A stretch of DNA of 58,402 bases from Minisyncoccia bacterium (GTDB lineage Bacteria; Patescibacteriota; Minisyncoccia; Phycocordibacterales; UBA918), in NCBI GenBank assembly GCA_041736805.1, contig JBGSSW010000008.1:68897-127298 (forward strand), read 5' to 3'. The notes beneath the pieces were generated by a model. It was not told the origin of the DNA, ran no database searches, and saw only the letters and a program-made list of their open reading frames with translations. The position numbers and the translations under genes are program-made. Below, piece after piece: positions 35,724 through 45,277 of the stretch. Numbering within the stretch: the stretch's first letter is position 1; every line of letters begins with the position of its first letter.

Positions 35724-36527
35724 TTAATAGCTTGGTGGTAGGGGAATAAAATAACTAGTTTTTTTCATATACTCAGAATATTCCTTTGGATACTTTTCTA
35801 AAAAAATCTTTTCTAGCATTGGACCAGTTACTTTTGTTACAATAAATGTAATAAGAAGTGGACTCAGTAGGCCAAGGTAGCCAAAAGGTAGTGGTAAAAC
35901 AATAATCGCCAAACCCCACCAAACTAAAGTTTCACCAAAATAATTTGGTCGGCGGCTGTACTTAAATAGTCCTGTTACCATCAAGTTAGCTCTTTCAGTC
36001 CCGGCTTTTTTGGCAGACATAAACCTATCTAACTGGTGGTCAGCAATCGTTTCAATTGTGAGGCCGATAGAAAAAACTAAGAGACCAAAAATTAAGAAAA
36101 GGTAGTTGATTTTAGAGGGTTGGACTAGGCTAATGATAAAAGGAGCAGAAACAAAAAGAATAATTATTCCCTGCAGTAGATTTATTTGGTAATAGCTCCG
36201 CAAAGTAAAATAGAGTCGACCTCTTTTCATCCATAAGTTCCGCCAGTTCGCGTATCGGATATCTTCAGGCTTACCATAATTTTTTTTGAAAATTCTAAGA
36301 CTGAGTCGGGTTGACCAAATAGCAGTTGCGGTAATAATTATTAAAGCAAGCAGGGAAGTATTTTCAGTTAGAATCATAGTGATTATGCCTGAAAATAAGA
36401 AAATTGGTCCATAAACAATATCCATGACACTATTGTCTCTTTTGAGTTGGGAAAAAAAGAAAACGGCTGTAACTATTAATAGTAAAATTGAACCATAAAC
36501 ATTTGTGTTGAAAACAAGGGCTTCCAT
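35724..36527 (-). CDS. DUF1295 family (steroid 5-alpha-reductase-like) membrane protein
   Basis: DNSVMDIVYG, EDIRY, ETIADHQL, GLFKYSRRPNYFGE. Confidence 0.88.
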   Translation of the reverse strand: MEALVFNTNVYGSILLLIVTAVFFFSQLKRDNSVMDIVYGPIFLFSGIITMILTENTSLLALIIITATAIWSTRLSLRIFKKNYGKPEDIRYANWRNLWMKRGRLYFTLRSYYQINLLQGIIILFVSAPFIISLVQPSKINYLFLIFGLLVFSIGLTIETIADHQLDRFMSAKKAGTERANLMVTGLFKYSRRPNYFGETLVWWGLAIIVLPLPFGYLGLLSPLLITFIVTKVTGPMLEKIFLEKYPKEYSEYMKKTSYFIPLPPSY

Positions 36528-36568
36528 AACTATAGTTTTATTGTAGCATCTGCTACAATAAAACCGGT

Positions 36569-37198
36569 ATGACTAAAGTCAGTATTGAAGGAACTGATTC
36601 TCCAATAAAAAAAAGAGCTCCCCGTAAGCGGGTTGTTAGACGAGTCGTTTCAAGCGATGAAAAACCAGCGCGACGAGTCAGGACAACTGGTGTCTTCGCT
36701 GCTACTTCAACCAGTCGAAAGGCTCCTAGTAGAATTGAATATAGTGAAAGAAAAAATACCAATTTAAAATCAGTCTGGGTAGGTGTTGTGATATTGGCAT
36801 TTGTTTTTGCAGGTGCAGCCTGGGTGGGAATTTCTGATCAGGGTCAAATTAATGTAAACGCCAAGATAAATGAAAGGAATCAAAAAATGTCTGATGAAGC
36901 AACAGATGTTGCAAATCAAGGAGAAGGAGAGGATGTTCCTCGAACTATTGTAGTTCCAGTTCAAAACACTGCTCCATCAGTACCTAATGGAGGATTTCGT
37001 GGTCGTGGAGTGAAGAGTCCAGACGCATCACTACCTACTTCTCAGTCACTTGCTGAGGAAGAGTCTGCTAGTAGTACTGCTAGCAGTAGTGAAGCGATAG
37101 ACTCAGAGGAGCAAAATAATGAAGAGGTTAATTCTGTGGCAGAAGAAAGTAATCCCGATACAGTTGATGAGGATATTGTTCCTGAGTTAACTCAATAA
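36569..37198 (+). CDS. Single-TM hypothetical protein (basic N-terminus, acidic low-complexity C-terminus)
   Basis: Arg-rich N-terminus, one TM, Ser/Glu-rich tail. Confidence 0.7.
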   Translation: MTKVSIEGTDSPIKKRAPRKRVVRRVVSSDEKPARRVRTTGVFAATSTSRKAPSRIEYSERKNTNLKSVWVGVVILAFVFAGAAWVGISDQGQINVNAKINERNQKMSDEATDVANQGEGEDVPRTIVVPVQNTAPSVPNGGFRGRGVKSPDASLPTSQSLAEEESASSTASSSEAIDSEEQNNEEVNSVAEESNPDTVDEDIVPELTQ

Positions 37199-37240
37199 TG
37201 TATATTAAAAAGCAGTAATTATGATGGGCGCTTCAAGCGG

Positions 37241-37642
37241 TTATTTTTTAGTACAACTATCACACCGACACCCATCTTTACTAATTAGGTCGTCAAAATA
37301 CATTTTTCCATAATTATAGGTAAGTTCCTCTCCGGGCTTTATACTTCGCTTGGCGTAGATATAAATATGTTCTTCTTTATCATCTAATTCTGGGTAGCAA
37401 TTTGGTTTACAGGAGTGATTTAAATACCGAGCGGTATTTTCACGGCCCTTGCCATCAATGGTCCAGTTATCATTTAATTCAAATAAGTATTTGCCGCCAC
37501 GAATATTTGCCTCAACTTCAGTAATCCTTTCGCCAGTATATTCAATCACCAAATCACCCTTTTTAAATTCAGTGGTGGCAAAAAGACCCAAACCAGCTGA
37601 GGATTTTTTGACTTGGTATTTATTTTCATTTTTTGCAGACAT
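37241..37642 (-). CDS. SET-domain protein (putative protein-lysine methyltransferase)
   Basis: GLGLFA, IEYTGE, RYLNHSCKPN, GEELTYNY, post-SET CRCDSC. Confidence 0.93.
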   Translation of the reverse strand: MSAKNENKYQVKKSSAGLGLFATTEFKKGDLVIEYTGERITEVEANIRGGKYLFELNDNWTIDGKGRENTARYLNHSCKPNCYPELDDKEEHIYIYAKRSIKPGEELTYNYGKMYFDDLISKDGCRCDSCTKK

Positions 37643-37700
37643 GCGAAAGAGTATAGCAGGGAGTGGATATAGTGGAAAATTTGTCTGGGGGTAAGGTCAG

Positions 37701-37742
37701 TTTAAAGAAGGGAATTTTCTTTAGAAAATTCCCTTCTTTAAA
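37701..37742. repeat. Perfect 20-bp-arm inverted repeat
   Basis: TTTAAAGAAGGGAATTTTCT-tt-AGAAAATTCCCTTCTTTAAA. Confidence 0.75.
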
Positions 37743-37829
37743 ACAATTTAAAAATAGAAAGGGCCAAGCTATGGTTAAGCTTGGCCCCGCTGGTGGCTTG
37801 GGTTAGTCCGCCACCGAGACTTGGGCAGT

Positions 37830-37949
37830 TCAGGTCGAGCGCGCGGCCGATTCGTAGTCGATGGTGAAGTCTCGTCGAATTTTGACTTCGCCGTTGCTCA
37901 CGGAAAAGGTCAGGGGAGGCCCGTGTTGGGCCAGGTTGACGCGGTTCAT
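37830..37949 (-). CDS. Small 39-aa SD-led peptide MNRVNLAQHGPPLTFSVSNGEVKIRRDFTIDYESAARST
   Basis: AAGGAG-N7-ATG, upstream TTGCAA-N16-TAAATT promoter, downstream terminator 37752-37788; high GC. Confidence 0.5.
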   Translation of the reverse strand: MNRVNLAQHGPPLTFSVSNGEVKIRRDFTIDYESAARST

Positions 37950-38215
37950 GGGACAACTCCTTGTTGCCGAGGTTGGGGAACGTTTGATCACAATGTGACC
38001 AAAGGTGAGCGATGAGTCAGACTCATCCTCATCCTTTCTTAATTTATCATTAAATATTTTTTTTGCAAATAACTAAAGTAACAAGTTGTTGCTAGTAGTT
38101 ACTAGATAAGATGATGGTGTTCAGAAGTTGTACACAGTATAAGAGGGTAAGTGTCAGTGAATTTTCATAATAAACTTAGTCCCAGTCTGGTATAATTTAG
38201 TAGTAAAGTTCCCTT

Positions 38216-39514
38216 ATGTTAGGACTTGAAGAAAAAAAACCGCAAACTAGCACCGCACTAATAAAAAGTTTCTTTACTTTTGCGACCCTTTTTATTGCTT
38301 TAGTTTTATTAATCATCAGGTATGATTTTTCAAATGTAAACGTAAATGCATTGTCTTTTATTTTAGCTATCGTGGTAATTGTTTTAATATCAAAAAGTGT
38401 CTACGAAGTGACAGCTGGGGCAGAAAATATAAAGAAAATGGCTGAGGAATTGGCTAATGAATTTGTTAAGTCATCGGAACAACTATTTTTGGAGGTATAT
38501 AACAATAGTCCGGTTGCTTATTTAATCGTTGGTCAGTACGGAGATATTCAATCTGCCAATACGGCCGCCGCAAGATTATTTGGACACCCCACTGATAAAC
38601 TAGTCAAAAGAGACATCTTTTCTTTTTTAGAAACAAGTAATGAAGAACATCAGCTACTTTTAAAGCAAAAGTTTCAACAGGGAATTGTTATCTCTGAAGA
38701 AGAAGTTAAGGTAACGAGAGAGAACGGAATATCTTGGACCACAGTCTCAGTCTTTCAGTTTTCAACTACCGAAGGCAAGAGACTAAGTTTGGTTACTTTT
38801 GTTGATGTAACAAAGCAAAAAGAAATTGAAATCGCCAAGACAGAGTTTGTCTCACTGGCTTCTCATCAGTTAAGAACTCCCATCTCAGGGATGCGCTGGA
38901 GTGCAGAATTATTGTTGATGGATGGAGGAGAAACTTTGAACGTTCAGCAAAAGCGTTATTTAGACCGATTACTTTCAAGCATAAAAAAGATGAATAGGTT
39001 AGTGGATGACTTTTTGCAAGTGTCTAGATTTGAACTCGGTACTAGAATTTTAAAAATAGAACAGGTTACTTTGGAGGATTTATTTGAAGATATCATTAGT
39101 GAACAAACTGAAATGGCTTCTAGTAAAAAACTAGAAATCCACAAACAGTATGACAATTCTATTGGAGTAATTAATACTGATCTTGGCTTACTTAGAATTA
39201 TTATTACGAATCTATATTCAAATGCTATTAAATACACTCGGGTAGGCGGTAGAATATCTCTTTCCTATCAAAGATTAGGAGACGACTTGATGTTGGAAGT
39301 AAGAGATAACGGCATGGGCATTCCGCTATCTGAACAACACCGCATTTTTTCTAAAATATTTAGAGCTTCAAATGCACAAAAAGAGGTACCAGATGGAACA
39401 GGTTTAGGTTTATATATATTGCAAAAATCAGTTCAAACTCTGCTAGGAAGAGTCAATTTCGAGTCATCAGAAAACGGTACAACTTTTACCGTGGTAATAC
39501 CGCTTAATCTTTAA
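38216..39514 (+). CDS. PAS-domain sensor histidine kinase
   Basis: 2 TMs, PAS, ASHQLRTP, NLYSNAIKY, DNGMG, GTGLGL. Confidence 0.95.
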   Translation: MLGLEEKKPQTSTALIKSFFTFATLFIALVLLIIRYDFSNVNVNALSFILAIVVIVLISKSVYEVTAGAENIKKMAEELANEFVKSSEQLFLEVYNNSPVAYLIVGQYGDIQSANTAAARLFGHPTDKLVKRDIFSFLETSNEEHQLLLKQKFQQGIVISEEEVKVTRENGISWTTVSVFQFSTTEGKRLSLVTFVDVTKQKEIEIAKTEFVSLASHQLRTPISGMRWSAELLLMDGGETLNVQQKRYLDRLLSSIKKMNRLVDDFLQVSRFELGTRILKIEQVTLEDLFEDIISEQTEMASSKKLEIHKQYDNSIGVINTDLGLLRIIITNLYSNAIKYTRVGGRISLSYQRLGDDLMLEVRDNGMGIPLSEQHRIFSKIFRASNAQKEVPDGTGLGLYILQKSVQTLLGRVNFESSENGTTFTVVIPLNL

Positions 39515-39515
39515 C

Positions 39516-39890
39516 TTACTTAATAAGCTCACCCTCGATTCTAGCGGCTAAGTTTTCAACTCCCCATTGGTACTTGTGAAGAATATCATCGGCTTCAATC
39601 ATTACATCGGCGGGGATTTTTTCAGTAGTATCAGAAGCTGTCAAAATCAGTACTCTGGCATCTTTCCCCCAGTCATCTTGACGAAGTTTTCTAAGTACCT
39701 CAAAGCCATCAATATCGGGTAGTTTTAAATCTAGCAAGATTAAATCAGGCTTTTCATTTAGAGCTAAATTCAAACCACTTTTACCATCTAATGCCTTCAG
39801 GGGTTGATAGCCTTTGAATATAAGCAAATCCTGTAAAGAGTCTGCCAAGTCTGTTGAATCTTCAATTATCAGAATCTTTTTTTGTGACAT
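39516..39890 (-). CDS. Single-domain response regulator (receiver)
   Basis: ILIIED, PDLILLDLKLPDIDG, LILTA. Confidence 0.92.
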   Translation of the reverse strand: MSQKKILIIEDSTDLADSLQDLLIFKGYQPLKALDGKSGLNLALNEKPDLILLDLKLPDIDGFEVLRKLRQDDWGKDARVLILTASDTTEKIPADVMIEADDILHKYQWGVENLAARIEGELIK

Positions 39891-39986
39891 ATAAAGTATT
39901 GTATAACATTAGTATTGTGCTGAATAGCTACTAGTCGTAGGTAAAAGGTGAGTGCCGCTATCCCTAGCGACACTTATTTCTTGTTT

Positions 39987-40187
39987 TCATCTGGACTCCT
40001 GTTTGAGTTCCAGAATTCTGCGTTGCTCAGAATTGAGCTCCAAGTCATCTGGTGTTACCCCATGACTAAGGCAATCTTTTAGCCGAGCCACCCAAAAGTC
40101 TCTTCGGACGGGATAGCGCTTGAATATTTTCCCTAGGCAGATTTTTGCCGCGGCGAGAATAGGCGAAGGGTGGATAGGGATTTCCAC
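39987..40187 (-). CDS. Small hypothetical protein (SD-led orphan)
   Basis: AGGAG-N8-GTG; promoter CTGACA-N16-TATGGT upstream. Confidence 0.55.
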   Translation of the reverse strand: MEIPIHPSPILAAAKICLGKIFKRYPVRRDFWVARLKDCLSHGVTPDDLELNSEQRRILELKQESR

Positions 40188-40257
40188 TATGAATACTCCT
40201 ACTAAGCTGGTTTAAGGACATTACCATAGTTAAATTTATACCTATGTCAGGTAGTAG

Positions 40258-40776
40258 TCAACGCAAGGAAGTGCTTAATTTAATGAGATATTTACTAAGT
40301 AAAGAAAAGGTGTATATGTAAAAAATTGAAATTAAAATACCTAGAACAAAACCTACTGAAATTTGAAAAAAAGTATGGACATGTAAGGTTAGCCTAGACA
40401 AACCTATTAGTAAGGCCGCAATAAAAAATAGACCAGAAATTACTACTGAGCCTATCATGGGTATTTTTGTTTTATACAAAAGTACCCATGATAGGCTTGT
40501 GGCGATGAACATACTTGAAGCAGCATGACTACTAGGCAGGGCATAGCCACTAAGCTGTAGCAAAGCTTCCACTGGCCTTGGGACAGCAAAAAGATTTTTT
40601 AAAATAAACACGACTAGTGTGGTAGTAACAAAACTTGCCGAAAAAATTATTGCTACATCATACTTTTTTAAATACAAAAATATCAATGTGATAATTAGAC
40701 ACAACCCAGCAAATCCTAGGGGCGGAGTGTATTCATGAATAAACAAAGCCAGATTTACTGAGACTAGTTGTGACAT
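40258..40776 (-). CDS. PAP2-family phosphatase
   Basis: KNLFAVPRP, PSSHA, SRLTLHVH. Confidence 0.9.
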   Translation of the reverse strand: MSQLVSVNLALFIHEYTPPLGFAGLCLIITLIFLYLKKYDVAIIFSASFVTTTLVVFILKNLFAVPRPVEALLQLSGYALPSSHAASSMFIATSLSWVLLYKTKIPMIGSVVISGLFFIAALLIGLSRLTLHVHTFFQISVGFVLGILISIFYIYTFSLLSKYLIKLSTSLR

Positions 40777-40885
40777 AGTAGTTATTATACTCCTATTTAT
40801 AAAGACTATTCGACTAATTAGAAAAGACTTTTATATAATGCTATTATTAGACAAATTTAATTATTAATTAGCTTATAGGTAAATT

Positions 40886-41599
40886 ATGAATAAAAGTTTG
40901 ATTTTGGTTGGCGGAGTTCTTTTGGTAGCGCTGGCGTTTATTTTTGTCGGGAAAGGTGATTCAACAACTACCCCAGAAGTTAAAAATAAAGCTGTTGAAA
41001 CGACGAGTAATGCAGATACTGATTCAGATCCCTATGCGGAAGTAGCTCCCGGCACTTATGTTATTAATACTGAATCAAGTATTATAAATTGGGCAGGAAA
41101 AAAACCTTTAATTGATGGTTATGTAAACACAGGGACAATTAATATTACTGAAGGACAAGTTACGATTGGAGAAGATGGTTCGGGCTCAGGCTCCCTGACT
41201 ATTGATATGAACACACTGAAGGTAGGTTTAACTGCTAAGAAACCTGACCAAGAAACTGCGCTGGAAGGACATCTAAAGGGGGATCGTTGGTTCAATGTAG
41301 AAAAATACCCAACCGCAACTTTTGCAATCCGAGATATCGAGTCTGTTCCTAGTGAACAAGATAATTTTGACTTCAATATCATTGGGGATTTAACCATGAA
41401 GGGAACTACTCATGAAGTAATTTTCCCGGCTAAAGTTTATCAAATGGAGGACGGCACTGTTTCAGCGGAAGCGGCTACAGAAATTGACCGCACTAAGTGG
41501 GACATTACTGCGGGCTCCGGTTCATTCTTCGACGATTTAGCTGACAATGTAATTGATGACATGATTTCATTATCATTTACACTTAAGGCCACAAAGTAA
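40886..41599 (+). CDS. YceI-family lipid/polyisoprenoid-binding protein
   Basis: SIINWAG, HLKGDRWFNVEKYPTATF, GDLTMKG, IDRTKW. Confidence 0.92.
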   Translation: MNKSLILVGGVLLVALAFIFVGKGDSTTTPEVKNKAVETTSNADTDSDPYAEVAPGTYVINTESSIINWAGKKPLIDGYVNTGTINITEGQVTIGEDGSGSGSLTIDMNTLKVGLTAKKPDQETALEGHLKGDRWFNVEKYPTATFAIRDIESVPSEQDNFDFNIIGDLTMKGTTHEVIFPAKVYQMEDGTVSAEAATEIDRTKWDITAGSGSFFDDLADNVIDDMISLSFTLKATK

Positions 41600-41781
41600 A
41601 TAAGAATAAAAAACAACCTCCTGTGCTCACAACAGAAAAAGTGAAACAAATTAGGATGAAAAGTCATTTTATGAGCACTAATTAAATAGCGAAAGATAAA
41701 TAAAAAATTGTTTGCTATAGAAAGCAATAGTTTGCGCCATTGCTAGTCTAAAATGTTTTGAGTGTGATAAGATACTGAAAT

Positions 41782-42057
41782 ATGGGATTTTTTAGCTCAG
41801 CACCAAAACGAGTAGCTAAAGAAGAGTGGCAGGATATTCGTAGCAATCTATACGGAAAGTTAGATGAGAAAGAAAGAATTGAATTAGAGAAATTCTTTAG
41901 GGCAGATCTAGATGAGGAGGGTTTAGAATCAGGGATCACTAGAGTAGAATTTGAATCAGGTATGGCTTGGCTTAGATCTAATGCCAAAAGTCATGTGTTT
42001 GAATCCACAGACTTAGATTTAATAGAAAAGTATTTTGAAGAACAGCTTAAGGATTAA
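41782..42057 (+). CDS. Small conserved-looking hypothetical protein
   Basis: TGnTAAGAT-N8-ATG; EF-hand-like DLDEEGLESGITRVEF. Confidence 0.65.
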   Translation: MGFFSSAPKRVAKEEWQDIRSNLYGKLDEKERIELEKFFRADLDEEGLESGITRVEFESGMAWLRSNAKSHVFESTDLDLIEKYFEEQLKD

Positions 42058-42472
42058 ATCAGACTTTGTTGTTAGTTGTTATTAAGTAAAAGAACTAAGG
42101 AGACGCCAGATCATTAAGAATCTCCATGTTGTGGTTCACAAGGTCGACTTGGTTTAGACATATCAATATGAAATAGTAGTAGTCATTCAGGCACACTACC
42201 CATTTTAGATATTAAAGATACAAAACCAAATATCACTGATATGGAGGTAGAGCTAAAACTAACAGTATAATTCCAATTAAGTTGACCGCAACTCTAATCA
42301 ACCAAACCTTTATTCTTATAGTAAAAATTAATAAATTAATATAGCAAAACGAACTAGAAAACTGATATATAACTTTTTCTCAATTAATACTTAATTATAA
42401 CTTAAGTTTTAATATCCAAAAACTAGTAACCAGCCACTTACTGCACCTATATTTTTATGTTTAAATAGAGAA

Positions 42473-43120
42473 GTGCTTCGTCTTCTTAAAACTTTATATT
42501 TAATTGCTAGGGTATCACCACCATATGAACAAGAACTGGATGAAGCGCAAAGTATTTATATTTTAGGTGATAGCACTGGATACGGAACCGGGGCTAGTAA
42601 GAAGGAAGAATCAATTGCTGGTTTGATAGGGACGAATTTCCCAAGTTATACAATTAGAAACAACAGTAAGAATGGGAGGACAATTGGCGACTTAAAGAAG
42701 ATGATAAGTAGAATTGAAGGTCAGTATAAACTCATACTTTTACAAATTGGAGGAAATGATATTTTACAGTCACGTGACGTTTTGATAGTCGAGAAAGAAT
42801 TGCGTGAAATAATTAAGAAACTGTCATTGCATACAAAAAATATTTTGATGATTTCTTCTGGTAATATTGGTGCCGCAATTGCCTTTGAAGGCAGTGACTC
42901 AATAAAGTATGAAAGCCTCACTAGAAAATTTCGGAAAATGTTTATGATTGTTTCTTTAGATACCCCAATAGTATATATCGATTTGTTTTTAGAGCCAGAA
43001 AATGATCCTTTTGTTACTGAACCAAGTAAGTATTTTTCTTGGGATGGTCTACACCCAAACAGTAATGGATACGCCTTCTGGTATGAATCACTTAAAGCAT
43101 CTTTGAAAGATATTTTATAG
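42473..43120 (+). CDS. SGNH/GDSL hydrolase
   Basis: LGDSTG, QIGGND, DGLHP; start uncertain. Confidence 0.9.
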   Translation: MLRLLKTLYLIARVSPPYEQELDEAQSIYILGDSTGYGTGASKKEESIAGLIGTNFPSYTIRNNSKNGRTIGDLKKMISRIEGQYKLILLQIGGNDILQSRDVLIVEKELREIIKKLSLHTKNILMISSGNIGAAIAFEGSDSIKYESLTRKFRKMFMIVSLDTPIVYIDLFLEPENDPFVTEPSKYFSWDGLHPNSNGYAFWYESLKASLKDIL

Positions 43121-43467
43121 TTTACATATCAGCCTCACAGAGTATAAGGTTTTTCGTTAACGTGATATTTGACGGTGTGTCACGAATGATTTCAGACTTC
43201 TTTAGTTCCAGTTTTTTGTTCATTAATCTAATTATATCAAAATAAAGACTTACCCAATTTGAATAAATTTACATATTGTTCTATTTTGGTGGAAATTTTT
43301 GAACTAAGTTGACCCAGTTTTTAACGACTGAAGGGAATATAAAAACGCAAGGTGAATTGCAAAGCAAGAGAGAGCCCTTGGGGTAAAAACCTCTTTGATT
43401 GAGAAGGAGTGTCCTAATTTTCTTAAGGTTGTTGATTTGTGGAAATAGTCTACTAATAGTTGTCCTG

Positions 43468-43884
43468 CTATTTAATTTTCCCTCCCTGCCACTTTGCCAC
43501 TGTAGGGGCTTTGTCATACTTCATTTGGTTTAAAACGATCACATTCATCTTATCTTCCATGAACTGGCAAAGCGGAATGAGTCTGTCAACACATTCATTA
43601 CCTAGCTTGCTTAAGGAGTACTCTACTTTCGGTGGAATTAACTGATAATCCCGTCTTTGTAACAAGCCGTCTCGCTCTAGATTGCGCAGAGTTTGCGAAA
43701 GCATTCTATCTGATACACCCTGTATGGATTTCTTTATGCTACCAAAACGCATGGTTGTGTTGTCTTTGAGCAGTCTCAAAACAGTTAATCCCCAAAGACT
43801 TGAAATACTTTTACAGATATCTCTGCTAGGACAACGTTGGTTATATAGGTCGCCTTGAGGCGGTAATTCTTTGGGTAATTGCAT
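43468..43884 (-). CDS. HxlR-family winged-helix regulator
   Basis: MRFGSIK..VSDRMLSQTLRNLERDGL..PPKVEYSLS. Confidence 0.92.
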   Translation of the reverse strand: MQLPKELPPQGDLYNQRCPSRDICKSISSLWGLTVLRLLKDNTTMRFGSIKKSIQGVSDRMLSQTLRNLERDGLLQRRDYQLIPPKVEYSLSKLGNECVDRLIPLCQFMEDKMNVIVLNQMKYDKAPTVAKWQGGKIK

Positions 43885-43973
43885 AATTCGATACTTACTT
43901 TTTTGTTAGTACTTGTTAAATAGGCTACACTAACTTAAAGTTAGTGTATATCAAATAAACACAAAAAGAAACT

Positions 43974-44357
43974 ATGAAAATCTACGATTCAACATATTAC
44001 AGTTTTGAACTGGACGATAACTATATGATTTTTCACTGGAAAGACAGTACCGACCAGATGAGCTTACAGGATTTTAAAGATGCTTTGATGAATTTCGCTG
44101 GTTATGTAATTGAGAACCAGACATTGAAGCTTCTTGTTTTTACAGAAAACTTTAAATTCAATACACCAGAAGAAGGACATGAATGGCGTAAAAATGAGTA
44201 TAACCCAAGAATCAAAAAAGTTGGTGAAGTAAAGCAAGCCATTGTCATGAAGGAAGAATTCTTACAATATGTTGAGGACGAAATTGATAGTGTGGTACCA
44301 GTTAGATATTTCTCGAGCGAGAGCGAAGCAAGAGCTTGGCTAGATAGCTCTGAATAA
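43974..44357 (+). CDS. Hypothetical protein, SpoIIAA/STAS-like, divergent from HxlR
   Basis: C-terminal RYFSSESEARAWL. Confidence 0.6.
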   Translation: MKIYDSTYYSFELDDNYMIFHWKDSTDQMSLQDFKDALMNFAGYVIENQTLKLLVFTENFKFNTPEEGHEWRKNEYNPRIKKVGEVKQAIVMKEEFLQYVEDEIDSVVPVRYFSSESEARAWLDSSE

Positions 44358-44395
44358 TGTGCAGATGAATTTTCTCATGTGATGTCTCGTAGGTT

Positions 44396-44427
44396 TTTAA
44401 AAAGCACCCAATTGGGTGCTTTTTAAA
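44396..44427. terminator. Perfect palindrome / bidirectional terminator
   Basis: TTTAAAAAGCACCCAA|TTGGGTGCTTTTTAAA. Confidence 0.7.
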
Positions 44428-44653
44428 CTTCCATGTATTTCTACATATTTCTATATCAGTGGACACATACTCAGTTACTTTGAACTTTTACCAGATAACC
44501 TGCAGTGGCAATACGATATGGAAACGTATATCGCCAGCTATCATTCCAGTCAACTTATAAAGGCTAAAAATAACCTAGTAAATATAGCGATGTAATTTCT
44601 ATCTAGTATAAAGACTAATTCCATTGAACTTTATAGGTGATAGAATAGGAGTA

Positions 44654-44890
44654 ATGGAAAATGACAAGAAAAAAGATGCGCTTACGGACCTTGTCGATGT
44701 GGCAGTCTCAGTGGGTGATACCCCCTCAGACAAACCCCTTAAAGACGGAGAAGCTGTTACTCCTTCGGGTGAGGTGGTGACGATGGGAGTTGATGATGCG
44801 GAACTTACAAGAATAGCTCGTAACTTGATTAAGTGGTCCAAGACAAAACAAGGTATTGAAAGAATAAAAAGAGATTTGAAAAATAAGTAA
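44654..44890 (+). CDS. Small hypothetical protein
   Basis: TAGAAT-AGGAGTA-ATG start context. Confidence 0.55.
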   Translation: MENDKKKDALTDLVDVAVSVGDTPSDKPLKDGEAVTPSGEVVTMGVDDAELTRIARNLIKWSKTKQGIERIKRDLKNK

Positions 44891-44946
44891 AAAGAAACCG
44901 CCTGACCTGTGAAAGCCAAGTGGCTTCTTTGGTCGGCGGTTGTGGG

Positions 44947-45162
44947 TTACTGGAACAGGGCGAAGACGGGAGACAGAAGAAAGTCGCCGATGAAGCCAAA
45001 TACCCAGAAGATGAAACCGATGAACGGCACAGCGAAGGTCGCTGTCAGAAAGCGTCCAGGAATGGACTGCACTTCGTATCCATTCAGCTTGATACTTCCG
45101 AAAAAAGTAGCACCGAGGATGAAAATTGCCCATACGATGAGGGCGATGGTTACCATTGTCAT
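44947..45162 (-). CDS. Small membrane protein (SD-led orphan)
   Basis: GGAG SD, two hydrophobic segments, promoter TTGACT-N16-TATACT at 45239-45212. Confidence 0.65.
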   Translation of the reverse strand: MTMVTIALIVWAIFILGATFFGSIKLNGYEVQSIPGRFLTATFAVPFIGFIFWVFGFIGDFLLSPVFALFQ

Positions 45163-45277
45163 TTCAATTCTCCGTCTGTTGGGGGGTGTTTTGGATGAAC
45201 TTTCGAGTAAAAGTATAGCATAAAGTATCTAAAAGTCAAGTTAAACAAGCAAAATATGCTTAATTTTGGTAAAATAG

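Noticed and set aside
33674-37832. Stop-codon reassignment suggested by in-frame stops (TAA 33674, TGA 37830)
   Set aside because: Conserved genes translate intact in code 11 and TGA terminates several ORFs; these are isolated events
38216-39890. Convergent histidine kinase / response regulator pair with stops 1 bp apart
   Set aside because: Ordinary two-component genes; orientation alone is not evidence of novelty
42100-42270. Possible decayed gene fragment in an AT-rich gap
   Set aside because: Short, interrupted and without a recognisable motif
44599-45223. Several overlapping alternative ORFs
   Set aside because: Only 44654-44890 (+) and 44947-45162 (-) have start signals; the others are shadows
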